Virus record (IMG/VR): IMGVR_UViG_2690315896_000001 | Span: 3,311-67,310 of that record | DNA from: a virus | Lineage: Duplodnaviria; Caudoviricetes | Direction: 5' to 3' (one strand) | Length of the DNA: 64,000 nt | Part shown: in pieces, positions 39,008-48,795 of the stretch | Position numbering within the stretch: the first letter of the stretch is position 1 | How the letters are laid out: every line of letters starts with the position of its first letter | Made by a program: the position numbers and the translations under genes | Notes under the pieces: model-generated | What the model was told of the DNA's origin: nothing | The model's input: only the letters and a program-made list of their open reading frames with translations | The model's database searches: none

Positions 39008-41299
39008 TCACCCGAGATTGTCAGCGGTGCTTGATGTCTCGATACCACCCATACCGCGCGCCGGCTCCTGCGGGATGGGAGGAAATGCGGGGCTGGTGTT
39101 CTCGCGCACCTGGGCGATGTCGCCGGCCGCGCCCGGCCCACCGGACTGCGGGGCAGGACCCGCAGGCGCCGCGCCAGGCACTGGAAAATTTGGATCGTCT
39201 CCGCCCGGATTGGGTTTCTGGTAGCCCGCGCCCGTCATGATGGCATCGGCAATAGGCGCGATGGCCGGGTTCATGGCGACCTGTGCCCCGCCCTGCATGG
39301 CCGAGAACGCTGCCTGCACGCCCACCTGGACGGCATCGGCCATTACCTTCTTGATCTGAGCATCGGTCAGGCGCTCCTTCATTTCCAGCTCGCGCGCCTT
39401 GAGGTCATGTCCTGCCTTGACCATCGCAGCCTGCACTTCCTGCTGAATGCGCTGCTCAACCTGCTCGGGAGATTCCTGGGCGGCGGCAGCCTTCAGCGCA
39501 TCCACCAGCTGCCGCTTGAACGGCACATCCATCAGGCTGGCCATCATCGGCATGGTGACGGCCTGGAACTGGGGCGGCATGGACTTGACCACCTCGCTCA
39601 TGGTGCTCAGCTGCTGCGCGCGGAATGTGCTGCTGCTGGGCACATCCTCCAGGCCCACCAGAAGGCGCGTGCGCTGCAGGTCGTTGGACAGATAGGGGAT
39701 GCCCGTTGCGGGATCTTCCTCGGGCTTGTTGATGGTCACAGCCCGGTCTGCCGTGATGGCATCGCCCTCGATGATGATGGTCTGCTCATCCTGGCCCAGG
39801 TCCTGAACGATCATGCTCATCAGCAGCTCGCCCACCATGGTGCGGCTGGTCTTGAAGTTGCCGATCATGTACGCCAGCGACTGGTTGGCCTGCTCCACCT
39901 GGGTCTGCTCCTGCACCCCACTGGTGGCCGTGCCGCGCCGCCCGGAGAACGCACCAGCCGCAGCGGGGTTCACCCGCTCGATCGCGCGCCGGGCGTTCTC
40001 CAACTGCTCCAACTGCTGAGCCGTGGCCTGAAAGTCCCGCTCGACCTTGAACCGCGCGCCTTGCTGCTGCATGTGCTGAGCGTTCAGCACGATGTCGGCA
40101 TCCGGGCGGCCAATGGTGCGCCGGAATTGGTCATCGGTCATGTCCACGGCGCCCTTGGTGCGCTCGGTCCGGAACGCGCCCATGCCCCAGCGAAGCCGCG
40201 AGTTCCCGTTGTTCAACGTGTCCTGCATGTCCAGCAGGTTGCGGATGTAGCCATAGGGCACGTTGGTGCTGTCTTCCCTGAATCCCCAGAACGGCACGTA
40301 CGGGAAGTGGCGGTGGGCATAGGGCGTGGGTCCGTCGAACAGGACATGCGGGCCCAGCCAGTAGCTGCGGCGGATCTTGGCCACCGTGGCGCGCATGGAC
40401 TTCGCGGCCTTGTTCACCAGGGCATAGACATGGGCCGGGTTGTTCTCGTCGTACTCCACCACGCGGCCGTCCGGGCTCTTGAGCACCACCACGTCAGACC
40501 AGCGGCGATACCAAAGCTCGGTCATGCACACCTCCTTGCTGACCGGGTTGTACCAACGGTCCTCCATGGTGGTCCATTCACGCGCCACATCCCAGGCCCG
40601 CGACAGGCCAGTGCTCGCACCCGCATCCATGGTGTCATAGCCGTTCCACCAGTTGACGCCCGCGCGCCCGAACTGGCGCACCAGCTCCTTGTGCTCTGGA
40701 AAGACGCGCGCGATGCGCGACGGGTGCATCCAGCGCTGGCGCCGCAGCCAACCCGCATCGCTGAGGTCGGGCTTGATGGAAGACCAGTCCCAATGGATCT
40801 CATTGCGGTGAATGGCCAGGCATTGGTATGGATAGCCAAAGGGATCATCGGATCGGCTGACCTCGGCCCACCCGATGCCCACGCCGATCTGCGGATAGAA
40901 GGCGTCGCTGCAAGCATCGTCCGCCTTTGCATTGCGCTCGGCCTCGTTCAGCTTGAAGTTGATCGCGTCCGCGACGTCCTGGCCGCCAGGCTGACCATTC
41001 GGGGTCACGCGCCAGTCCGTGCGCGAGGACTTCTCGTAGCCACGGATGCCTTCCAGGCTGCCCGCGATCAGGTTCTCGCGCACGACCGGGATGCCCTGGG
41101 ACTTCATGTGCCGGATCAGCTCCGTCTCCAGCTGGTTACCGTCGGCATAGTCCATCTCGCGGTCGGCAGTGCGGCGCCAGGCCCGGGGCTGTGCATCGAT
41201 CTCTTCGTGAATGGACCGGTACTCGGCAAGGGTGAGAGGCACATCGCCGTCTGGCGTGTCCACGGGGTCAATTTCTGCGTAGTTCTGGGCGGTGCTCAT
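39008..41299 (-). CDS. Portal protein (P22-like)
   Basis: DYADGNQL, FPYVPFWG..PYGYIRNLLDMQD, ATSGV motifs; follows terminase. Confidence 0.88.
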   Translation of the reverse strand: MSTAQNYAEIDPVDTPDGDVPLTLAEYRSIHEEIDAQPRAWRRTADREMDYADGNQLETELIRHMKSQGIPVVRENLIAGSLEGIRGYEKSSRTDWRVTPNGQPGGQDVADAINFKLNEAERNAKADDACSDAFYPQIGVGIGWAEVSRSDDPFGYPYQCLAIHRNEIHWDWSSIKPDLSDAGWLRRQRWMHPSRIARVFPEHKELVRQFGRAGVNWWNGYDTMDAGASTGLSRAWDVAREWTTMEDRWYNPVSKEVCMTELWYRRWSDVVVLKSPDGRVVEYDENNPAHVYALVNKAAKSMRATVAKIRRSYWLGPHVLFDGPTPYAHRHFPYVPFWGFREDSTNVPYGYIRNLLDMQDTLNNGNSRLRWGMGAFRTERTKGAVDMTDDQFRRTIGRPDADIVLNAQHMQQQGARFKVERDFQATAQQLEQLENARRAIERVNPAAAGAFSGRRGTATSGVQEQTQVEQANQSLAYMIGNFKTSRTMVGELLMSMIVQDLGQDEQTIIIEGDAITADRAVTINKPEEDPATGIPYLSNDLQRTRLLVGLEDVPSSSTFRAQQLSTMSEVVKSMPPQFQAVTMPMMASLMDVPFKRQLVDALKAAAAQESPEQVEQRIQQEVQAAMVKAGHDLKARELEMKERLTDAQIKKVMADAVQVGVQAAFSAMQGGAQVAMNPAIAPIADAIMTGAGYQKPNPGGDDPNFPVPGAAPAGPAPQSGGPGAAGDIAQVRENTSPAFPPIPQEPARGMGGIETSSTADNLG

Positions 41300-41309
41300 G
41301 GTGTCGTCC

Positions 41310-42575
41310 TCAGTAATAGACCGGGGCTGGCGCCTCTTGGTATTCGCCGATGGCGGCATTCGTCATCAGGTCCACTGCCTGGCCGATGTAGCGGAACATG
41401 TCCGCGCCGTGGCTGAACTCGTCATGCATGGGGCCCATGGGCTCGTCCGTCTTCTGGTGAATGTCTCGCCGATACCGCCTCAGGCACTCGATCAGCCGTG
41501 CGGTCTTGGTCTCGTCGAAATAGCAGCGGGGGAAAATCATTCGCGCGCCCTTAATGCCCTCTTCCACGTTCATCGCGCTCAGCACGACAACGCTGCGCCT
41601 GCCCATGGCCGTAAGCTGCTGCTGGGTGCTCTTGCCCGTCTGGAAGTTCTTGGTGCGGCCGTCATGCGGCAGGAAGTCGGTGCCCCAGCGGAACGGGCGC
41701 TTCTCGATCTGGGCCACGTACCAGTCCAGGGTCCGATGGCTGTCCTCAATGTAGTCAATGACACGCAGGTCCTGTGGCCCGCGCTGCACAAAGCCGATGG
41801 TCATGGCGTCATTCCAGCCCAGGTCCCAGATCGTGTGAACGGGCAACGTCGGGTCGTACGGCACGGCGCAGATCCGCTTTTGCTCGTATAGGGCCTCGAT
41901 CTCATGGCGGTAGATAGACCCCGCCGACACGCGCCGTGGCTTCCCCTCCCAGATGTTGGGGTAGTCTTCGGGATTCGTGACCTTGAACTTGCGGCGCTCC
42001 TCATCGAGCACCGCCGGAAACCAGGGGTTGTCGCGCCAGTTGACCTGGCAGACCCAGGTGTCCGGGCTGGGCCTGTCGATGAACCGGACATAGGTCTCGT
42101 CCGTGTCCATGTCCGGGTTGAGGGTCATCCATATCTCGGAGCCCTCCTTGCGGATGGTCGGGATCAGCACATCCCAGGACTTCTTGCTGACGCCGTGGGC
42201 TTCCTCCACCCACACCAGGTCCACCCCTTCAAAGGATTTGATCGAGGCCACGGTATGGCTCTGGAGCCCCGTGAACAGGAACAGCGAGCCATTGGCGCCG
42301 CGGATCTCGGTGTCGAGCACCTCGAAGAAGGTCTCAAGGCCCATGCGGCCAATGGCGTCCTTCAGCAGACGATGCACCGAGTCCCGCATGGACTTCTGGA
42401 TCTCGCGCGCGCACAGCACACGCAGCGGCCGATCAGCGGCCATAGCCAGCAACACCGACGCCACAGACCAGGACTTGGCGCCGCCCCGGCCGCCGTGCAT
42501 CACCTTGTAGCGGCGAGGCAGCCAGATGTCCCGAAGCTTCTCGGGCAACTGCAGGAGCGCCTCATTCATCGCCAT
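41310..42575 (-). CDS. Terminase large subunit (PBSX family)
   Basis: HGGRGGAKS Walker A, VWVEEA Walker B, WDLG and SHGADMFRY nuclease motifs. Confidence 0.95.
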   Translation of the reverse strand: MAMNEALLQLPEKLRDIWLPRRYKVMHGGRGGAKSWSVASVLLAMAADRPLRVLCAREIQKSMRDSVHRLLKDAIGRMGLETFFEVLDTEIRGANGSLFLFTGLQSHTVASIKSFEGVDLVWVEEAHGVSKKSWDVLIPTIRKEGSEIWMTLNPDMDTDETYVRFIDRPSPDTWVCQVNWRDNPWFPAVLDEERRKFKVTNPEDYPNIWEGKPRRVSAGSIYRHEIEALYEQKRICAVPYDPTLPVHTIWDLGWNDAMTIGFVQRGPQDLRVIDYIEDSHRTLDWYVAQIEKRPFRWGTDFLPHDGRTKNFQTGKSTQQQLTAMGRRSVVVLSAMNVEEGIKGARMIFPRCYFDETKTARLIECLRRYRRDIHQKTDEPMGPMHDEFSHGADMFRYIGQAVDLMTNAAIGEYQEAPAPVYY

Positions 42576-43320
42576 CCTCCTGGCGAACCGGCGGCTTCAC
42601 GAACTCCACAGTGACACGAGGAGGAGCGCCATCGCCGCAGGGCCCTTGGCCAGGCCCCGTCTTGGGATCCATGCCGAATGCCTGCCGCTCCATGTCCACC
42701 AGGATGCGCAGGGACTCGGCCAAGGTCTTCATGGACTTGCCCCGCTCGGGCAGGCTGATGACCTTCATGTACAGGTCATTGAGCTTGTCCTGGCCGTTGT
42801 CATCGGGCTGGCGCATCAGATCGCCCAGCGCCTCCAGCAGCGCGACGTTCTCGGCACCGACCATCAGCTCCAATTCGTCCATCAGGGAGTTGGTGACCCG
42901 CCGTGCCCGATAAATGTCGCGGCGATGGGCCAGGCGGATGTCGGCGACGGCCTGGGCATTGGCATCAATGACGGCACGTTCGCGAAGCTTGGTATCCATG
43001 GATACCTGGCTGGATACCGCCTCCCTGGATACCAGGGCATCAGCCTTGGCCTGGATCTTCACGCCAAGGTCACGTTCCCATCCATCGCGCTTGGCGCGCT
43101 TGTTGATGGCGCCATGGGTGATGCCGTTTTCATCGGCGATCTGGCGCAGGGTCTTGATGCCGGCGCGGTAGTCCAGTTCAATGCGCTCCCAGTCGGCGGG
43201 GACGCTGGCCGCCGTGCGGCTGGCAGGCAAGGCTGCGCCTGCAGCCGAGTTGGCGGCTGCAGGCTTCTTCGGAACAGGTTTCTTTTGAGGCTCGGACTTG
43301 CCGGCAGGACGTTGGACCAT
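42562..43320 (-). CDS. Terminase small subunit
   Basis: DWERIELDYRAG..LRQIA..GITHGAINKRAKRDGWER HTH; overlaps terL. Confidence 0.85.
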   Translation of the reverse strand: MVQRPAGKSEPQKKPVPKKPAAANSAAGAALPASRTAASVPADWERIELDYRAGIKTLRQIADENGITHGAINKRAKRDGWERDLGVKIQAKADALVSREAVSSQVSMDTKLRERAVIDANAQAVADIRLAHRRDIYRARRVTNSLMDELELMVGAENVALLEALGDLMRQPDDNGQDKLNDLYMKVISLPERGKSMKTLAESLRILVDMERQAFGMDPKTGPGQGPCGDGAPPRVTVEFVKPPVRQEDGDE

Positions 43321-43327
43321 GGCCGGA

Positions 43328-43367
43328 AGTGTTCCGGCATGGCGAAGGGCCGTCGAACCCTAGACGG
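43328..43367 (-). promoter_or_regulatory. Putative late promoter (terS)
   Basis: TAGGGTT-N22-AACACT-N7-ATG. Confidence 0.7.
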
Positions 43368-43475
43368 GTCATGAACTACTCAGCAATTCCCCAAAAGCAG
43401 CCGACCGAGCTATCTAAATTTTTGCGCGACGAACCAGCTCAGTTGCACGCACCAGATATTCACCAACTCGAGAGG

Positions 43476-43742
43476 CTATGGCTTGGCCGCACGACGAGCT
43501 TGAATATCGCCAACCCACTTGTTCAAAGCAGTCGCAAGTTGTATTAGGTCGTTCTCCGTCATCACCATGGTGGGGTGAAACTTGCTCGAGGTCCATTGGG
43601 CTCGGATCTCGTACTCCCAGTTCTGACCCAGTGCATCAACCGATGCGAACAAATCCAACACTCGATTCTTGTGCTTAGAGCTTGCAAGATCAATAGAAAT
43701 GTATTCAGCATCAAAGTCAGAAGTTTTCCCTGTCTTAATCAA
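43476..43742 (-). CDS. Low-GC hypothetical protein
   Basis: GGGAG RBS before TTG. Confidence 0.5.
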   Translation of the reverse strand: MIKTGKTSDFDAEYISIDLASSKHKNRVLDLFASVDALGQNWEYEIRAQWTSSKFHPTMVMTENDLIQLATALNKWVGDIQARRAAKP

Positions 43743-43876
43743 ATCGATCTCCCGCAGTTATGACAAACCAAAAAAGTTACTAAAAAAATCGGCAACTCAC
43801 GAACAATGTAACACATAGAAACATGCCAACAGCCTGATCGCAAAAGCCAATCGCTATTGACTTGATTGCCCTCTTA

Positions 43877-44662
43877 GAGTGGCTAACACCACTTCGTCAC
43901 AGGCCCCCGCAGAGCAGTTATGCTCGCTGCCCTCATAGCAAGACGACCGGTTAGCAAAGAACTGTGGCGACAGCTACAACCCCTGATCCCAGCCGTCGTG
44001 CCTTCTGCCAAAGGCGGTGCGTGTAAGCTCGCAGTCAGCGATGAGGCCGCCCTCAACGGCATCTTGTTCGGACCGCAAACAGGCATTGCATGGGAAGACC
44101 TTCCCCAATCCCTGGGCTACGGCAGCGGCATGACTTGCTGGCGGCGCCTGCGCGACTGGAACGCCGCTGGTGTCTGGGAGCAGCAGCACCAAGCCATGCT
44201 GACTCGCTTGCGTGAACATGACCAAATCGATTGGAGCCAGGCCAGCCTTGATGGCTCCTCGAAGCCCCAGGCGGCCAGGAAACGGGCCCAAACCCCACGG
44301 ACTGAGGCAAGCTCGGCTCCAAGCGGCACAACGTGGACGCGATTCCTGCGATTGCAGGCTTGGGAGGGCCGCCCCGCAAAAGACCATCGAAGTTGCACGC
44401 CGACAAGGGCTATGACTACAAGTGTTGCCGTGCGCATTTGAGACAACGGGGCATCGCCAGCCGCATTGCCAGGCGAGGCGTTGAGAGTAGCGAGCGACTG
44501 GGCAAGCATCGCTGGGTGGTGGAGCGGACCCATGGATGGTTTGCAGGCTTTGGCAAGCTGCGAATCCGCTTTGAAAGACGACTGGATATCCACGAAGCGC
44601 TGCTGAAACTGGCAGCGGCGATCATCTGTGCACGCTTCGTGGATCGGTGGTGTTAGCCAGTC
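43877..44662 (+). mobile_element. IS5-family insertion sequence with internally deleted transposase
   Basis: Terminal IRs GAGTGGCTAACACCAC / GTGGTGTTAGCCAGTC, TTA direct repeats, GMTCWRRLRDW, ADKGYD and RWVVER motifs; middle segment missing. Confidence 0.88.
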
Positions 44663-44856
44663 TTAAGCGGTAGCTTATGATTAGACAGCTTTAACCACTG
44701 AAGCGGATTCAGTATTCAATCGTTCCATTATTCAAGGACAATGTTGGCTAGTGGTGGGCCAATCAAATTCCAGTTAATATGCCGAAATATCCTAAACCCT
44801 CCCGCCAACACTCCCAATCAGTCATTCATAGAAAATAAAAAATCGAGAATATTAAT

Positions 44857-45829
44857 ATGTACAGCCCAAACCCAAACAAACCGACAAAAATCCACAACGA
44901 GCATGACCTCATGGAGATTCCCGAAGCATATCTCAGACAGGTCCATTATGATGAAAGATCGCAGCGACAGTTGCTAGAAGAACGTGAAAAATTAAAGATT
45001 ACCTCGCGCTCCCATCCCGACAGCGCTGGAGAAAGTACCGAAGAGATTTTTGCCTCGTTAGTCAGAAAACTCATTCCCAATGAATTCAAAGTTGTAACTC
45101 GAGCAAGAATTGATTTTGATGATTTAACAGATTCCCCCAACTAGATCTCGTTATCCTAAAACCAGGTGGAGAAAAGCGTCTCAATGATCTAAAATCGTAC
45201 CATCACTCAAGTGTCTTGGCAGCATTCGAATGTAAGCTAACCCTCCGCAAGCGCGATTTAGAGAAAGCGGCAGAGACGGCAAATGCAATTAAATGCGACT
45301 TCGCTAATGGCATGGCGTACTACAGAAACGATTCAGGAGAAAAAAACATAGGGACCTGCAGGCCATACTTCGGCATCCTTGCTCTGGGATGGGAACAGGG
45401 GGCAATCTTGATTTGGTCAAGGAACTAGCCAGCACATTTCTCGATTGCTTTCGAAACCGCCCTATCGGTCGTCAAGTTGACATTGTTCTAATCCCAGATC
45501 TATCTTTTTACTGGATGCATCACGAGAATGACCATTTCGACCAAGGTATCGATCTTTGGGTGAGTTATGAAACTATTTATAAACTTTATCATTGGCCTGA
45601 TGGCCGCGACTACCCAGCTCCACCACTCGAAATGATAAAAGGCGGCATAAGTTGTCCGTATACCCTTACCAGGGTCTCGCATCAAAACCCGCTTACTGGC
45701 TTTGCATACTACTTGGCTTGCGTGATAGATGAGTTTTCACCAAACTATTCGCATATGGCGAGTCAATTGTCATACTACCTACAGTATAGGGTGGGCACAG
45801 CCAAACCTCACTCCCCACCCACATCTTAA
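44857..45829 (+). pseudogene. DUF6602-like PD-(D/E)xK nuclease, two homopolymer frameshifts
   Basis: AGESTEE..LIP, SP(Q)LDLVI, AAFECK; one C at 45134-45138 and one G at 45398-45402 restore about 324 aa. Confidence 0.7.
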
Positions 45830-45986
45830 CCCTGAATCAGGGTACTCCGCACGTCATGCATGATATAAATAATAAGCAAGTTGACTAACTTCAATGAGGC
45901 TAATTTTAGCCACTTCAGAAGTACATTCTTCAGTGTCTATTTTCTATTTCAGGTCGTGGGCAAAATTAGTTCCTACCGAGATAACA

Positions 45987-46529
45987 TTATTCATTCATAT
46001 GGAGATCAGCTTGTCGATGATCATGCTTCTTTAAGTTCTTTAGGGCTTTAACCTGTCTTTCTAGCACTCGTCGCTTCACAGCTTCTTCCAACAATTGGTC
46101 TTGCAGCTCAGTGACCCGTGCCAACGCCGTGTGCTCCAGGGCCACGCCCGCCAGTCCTTGGCCGAGGCGGGCAGCCTCGGAGCGGACGAGGTGTAATACG
46201 TGATCTCCGATCTCCACCAGGGTTCGTCCATCGTTGAGGTGCACGATGACGACATCCCGCGCGGGCCCGTGCTGGTGCACCGGGCGGTAGCATTGCTTCA
46301 CCGCCGCGATCATTCCCTCGCCGCGCAGCACCTTGATGCGGTCGTCCACTGTGGTGAGGTTCAGGCCCGTCATCTTGTGGATGCGGTCGCGCGTGGGCTC
46401 CTCGCCGGCCTCGTGCAGCTGACGAATGGCTTCATAGACCTGCGTCAGCGTGGGCACGGCCTCTACCACGCCCGTGTCCGGATTGCCGCCGGCTGTCTTG
46501 TGGATTGTGCTGGTGGTGGCTTGGTTCAT
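45987..46529 (-). CDS. Winged-helix protein, last early gene; candidate late activator
   Basis: PTRDRIHKMTGLNLTTVDDRIKVLRGEGMI HTH-like segment. Confidence 0.65.
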   Translation of the reverse strand: MNQATTSTIHKTAGGNPDTGVVEAVPTLTQVYEAIRQLHEAGEEPTRDRIHKMTGLNLTTVDDRIKVLRGEGMIAAVKQCYRPVHQHGPARDVVIVHLNDGRTLVEIGDHVLHLVRSEAARLGQGLAGVALEHTALARVTELQDQLLEEAVKRRVLERQVKALKNLKKHDHRQADLHMNE

Positions 46530-47053
46530 GCGGTTTCACTCCAGAGTGGCAGGCGTTGTGGCCATTGGCCGGATTCGAGGATGGTGTGGCGGGTGATGCG
46601 ACCCCATTCGAGTCCATAGTCCCGGTGGGCTTCGCGGCCGCCGTCAACAAGGCGGTATTGGTCGTATGCGACGTGGCAGCCCTCGATGTCGGGGCGCGTG
46701 CAGCACAGAGGGAATCCGGTGCGGTCGTCGGTCTTGAGCGCGAAGCCCTTGCCGAGGTTGAGGTGTGCGTGCTGAGAGAAATCGCAGATGCCGCACCAGA
46801 TGCAGGGCAGCGCGGCGACGGCGCGGCGGTAGGCTTCGCATTCGAGGATCTCGGCCTTGGGCACGACCAAGCCCGTGCTGGCCGCGCCCATCACTACGAC
46901 GCTGGTGCACACCATGCCGGCAGTCGCTCGGGCACTGTCCATGGCGCGGGCCGCGCGCTGAGCCAGAAGGTCCTCGCGGTCCTCGACCTGGGCGGCTGAT
47001 GGCAGCCGGCGGCCAAAGGTGCGGCGGGGCCAGGTGCTCCGGTTCTGGATCAT
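46526..47053 (-). CDS. DUF968/DUF1364-like Zn-binding putative nuclease
   Basis: LPCIWCG..QHAH..KTDD..PLC..CH. Confidence 0.7.
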   Translation of the reverse strand: MIQNRSTWPRRTFGRRLPSAAQVEDREDLLAQRAARAMDSARATAGMVCTSVVVMGAASTGLVVPKAEILECEAYRRAVAALPCIWCGICDFSQHAHLNLGKGFALKTDDRTGFPLCCTRPDIEGCHVAYDQYRLVDGGREAHRDYGLEWGRITRHTILESGQWPQRLPLWSETA

Positions 47054-47307
47054 CGGATGTCGCCCTCCACATCCACCTGCACCAAGAAGCCGTGGTCGTT
47101 CATCACGCACACGCGCGTGGGGCCGTACTGCTCAAGGCGGCAGCAGCGGTTTTCCGACCAGACGGAGAAGCGGTAGCGCCCCAGGGCATCGGGGCCGTCG
47201 ATGCGCTCGCGCGTGCTGGCGCCGCGCCACAGGGGCGGGTGCTGGGACACGGCACGCACGGGGCCGCGCTGGCCACGGCGCGGAAGGTCGGGCCGGAAAT
47301 CAAGCAT
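47050..47307 (-). CDS. Hypothetical protein
   Basis: Coupled overlaps on both sides. Confidence 0.55.
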   Translation of the reverse strand: MLDFRPDLPRRGQRGPVRAVSQHPPLWRGASTRERIDGPDALGRYRFSVWSENRCCRLEQYGPTRVCVMNDHGFLVQVDVEGDIR

Positions 47308-47620
47308 GGGCACCGCCCTCCCCTGCGCCGGCATCGAAGTCCTGCACCTCCATACCCAGGTCCAGGGCCAGGCCGTGCTCCACGCGCGCGCCCTTGGAGC
47401 CGCGCCAGCCGGGCAGCATGTAGACCGCATCGCAGGTGCACAGCTGCGGTAGTGCCAGGCGCATGTATCCGGCCCAACTGCCGCACGCTGGCGCGGGGTT
47501 CTCGGCAGGGTTCTCGACGTGGTGGCCCTGGGCGCGCAGCGTGGCGGCGGCGCGGTTGAAAGCTGGGTAATTGAACTGGGGAAGTCCTGTCATCGGGCCG
47601 GCGATGTAGATCCGCTTCAT
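47300..47620 (-). CDS. DUF4406 (nucleoside deoxyribosyltransferase-like) protein
   Basis: RIYIAGPMTG..NYPAF..NPAE..LPGWRGSKGARVE. Confidence 0.88.
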   Translation of the reverse strand: MKRIYIAGPMTGLPQFNYPAFNRAAATLRAQGHHVENPAENPAPACGSWAGYMRLALPQLCTCDAVYMLPGWRGSKGARVEHGLALDLGMEVQDFDAGAGEGGAHA

Positions 47621-48084
47621 GGCCGGGCCCTCCGGAAGGACCACGCGATCATTGCGGCGTCACGCTGGTGCTGATTGCTGCGGCCGGCCCAGCCGGTCAG
47701 GCGGCTGAAGGTGGCGGCATCGATCTTGGCGCCGTGGGCACTGCCGGCCTTCGCACTGGGCGCCAGGCCGAAGCAGGCAATGCCGAGGCTGGCGCACAGG
47801 GTTTCGATCAGCACGCACCATGCATCGATCTCGCCCACATTGCGCGCCATCTTGGCCCGCGCCGCGGCGCTGCCCTGGCCGGTCCAGGTCCGACGGGCTT
47901 GGCGGCTGTCCTCGAAGATCACCAGCGTGGGAGCCCTGCACTGCAGCGTCTGCAGGATCTGCGCAGGCGCGATCTCCTCCAGAGCCTGCAGATGGCCATC
48001 AACGATCCAGGCCAGGCCCGTGTGCTTGCCCGGGTCCATGCCCAGCACAGTGATCGGGCCCTGGTGGCCAGCAGGCACCGTCAC
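47617..48084 (-). CDS. RuvC-like Holliday junction resolvase
   Basis: VLGMDPGKHTG, IFED, NQHQRDAA. Confidence 0.75.
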   Translation of the reverse strand: MTVPAGHQGPITVLGMDPGKHTGLAWIVDGHLQALEEIAPAQILQTLQCRAPTLVIFEDSRQARRTWTGQGSAAARAKMARNVGEIDAWCVLIETLCASLGIACFGLAPSAKAGSAHGAKIDAATFSRLTGWAGRSNQHQRDAAMIAWSFRRARP

Positions 48085-48308
48085 GCGCGTGGCGGCGGGC
48101 GCCAGGCGAGCGCCTGCAGCTGCTGCACCACCTGCTGCTCGATGTCCACGAACAGCCGGGACTCGTCCCTGTCCAGCTCCCTGGCCCTGGCCTTGACGTA
48201 CTCCCACCACCCGGGTTGCTGGGCCAGCTTGACGAGGTGCGCCACGGCTGCCGCGCTGAGATTGATTTGTTGTTGCTGCCATTGGTGTTCAGACGACGAT
48301 GAATTCAT
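48081..48308 (-). CDS. Hypothetical protein
   Basis: Coupled small ORF. Confidence 0.5.
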   Translation of the reverse strand: MNSSSSEHQWQQQQINLSAAAVAHLVKLAQQPGWWEYVKARARELDRDESRLFVDIEQQVVQQLQALAWRPPPRA

Positions 48309-48795
48309 GGGTGTCGCTGCCGTGGCTGTTCACCAGCAGCTCGCGCAGACGGCGTTCGGTCGCGCGGTGCGCGCGGATGAAGGTGCGTGCCGGGATCACC
48401 TCAAGCACCTGGCCGTAGGCCTCGCCGAACTCGACCAGGTGCCCCAGTTGGACGGCGTTCAGACGCATCTCCTGGCCGTGGCCGTGCTTGCGGCCCAGGT
48501 CCACGACGGCCGCCACAGCATCGGCAAACAGGCTCTGCGCCTCGGGCTCTGTGAAGACGCCCATGCCCAGCAGCGTTTCGGACAGGTTCGCGGCGTCAGC
48601 CAGGTCGCGCCAGTGCTGCACCGTCGGAACGGCGTAGCCCACGGCATGCACGGCAGCCAGGACTGCAGCGGCCAGAGGCTCGCGCTTGCGCTGGTGGAGC
48701 GGCTGCCGCTCACTGGCCGACAGCTCCTGTGCCAGCGTGTAGGTGTAGGGCAGCGTCAGGTAGTTGCGGGTCACGGAGGGGTGGATGGTCGTCAT
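48289..48795 (-). CDS. Hypothetical phage protein
   Basis: ATGA overlap with the loader gene. Confidence 0.65.
   Translation of the reverse strand: MTTIHPSVTRNYLTLPYTYTLAQELSASERQPLHQRKREPLAAAVLAAVHAVGYAVPTVQHWRDLADAANLSETLLGMGVFTEPEAQSLFADAVAAVVDLGRKHGHGQEMRLNAVQLGHLVEFGEAYGQVLEVIPARTFIRAHRATERRLRELLVNSHGSDTHEFIVV

Noticed and set aside
9795-42614. Long plus-strand ORFs (e.g. 21343-24894, 35401-37446, 39407-41416, 13883-15820)
   Set aside because: Antisense shadows of high-GC3 minus-strand genes, with no motifs or RBS.
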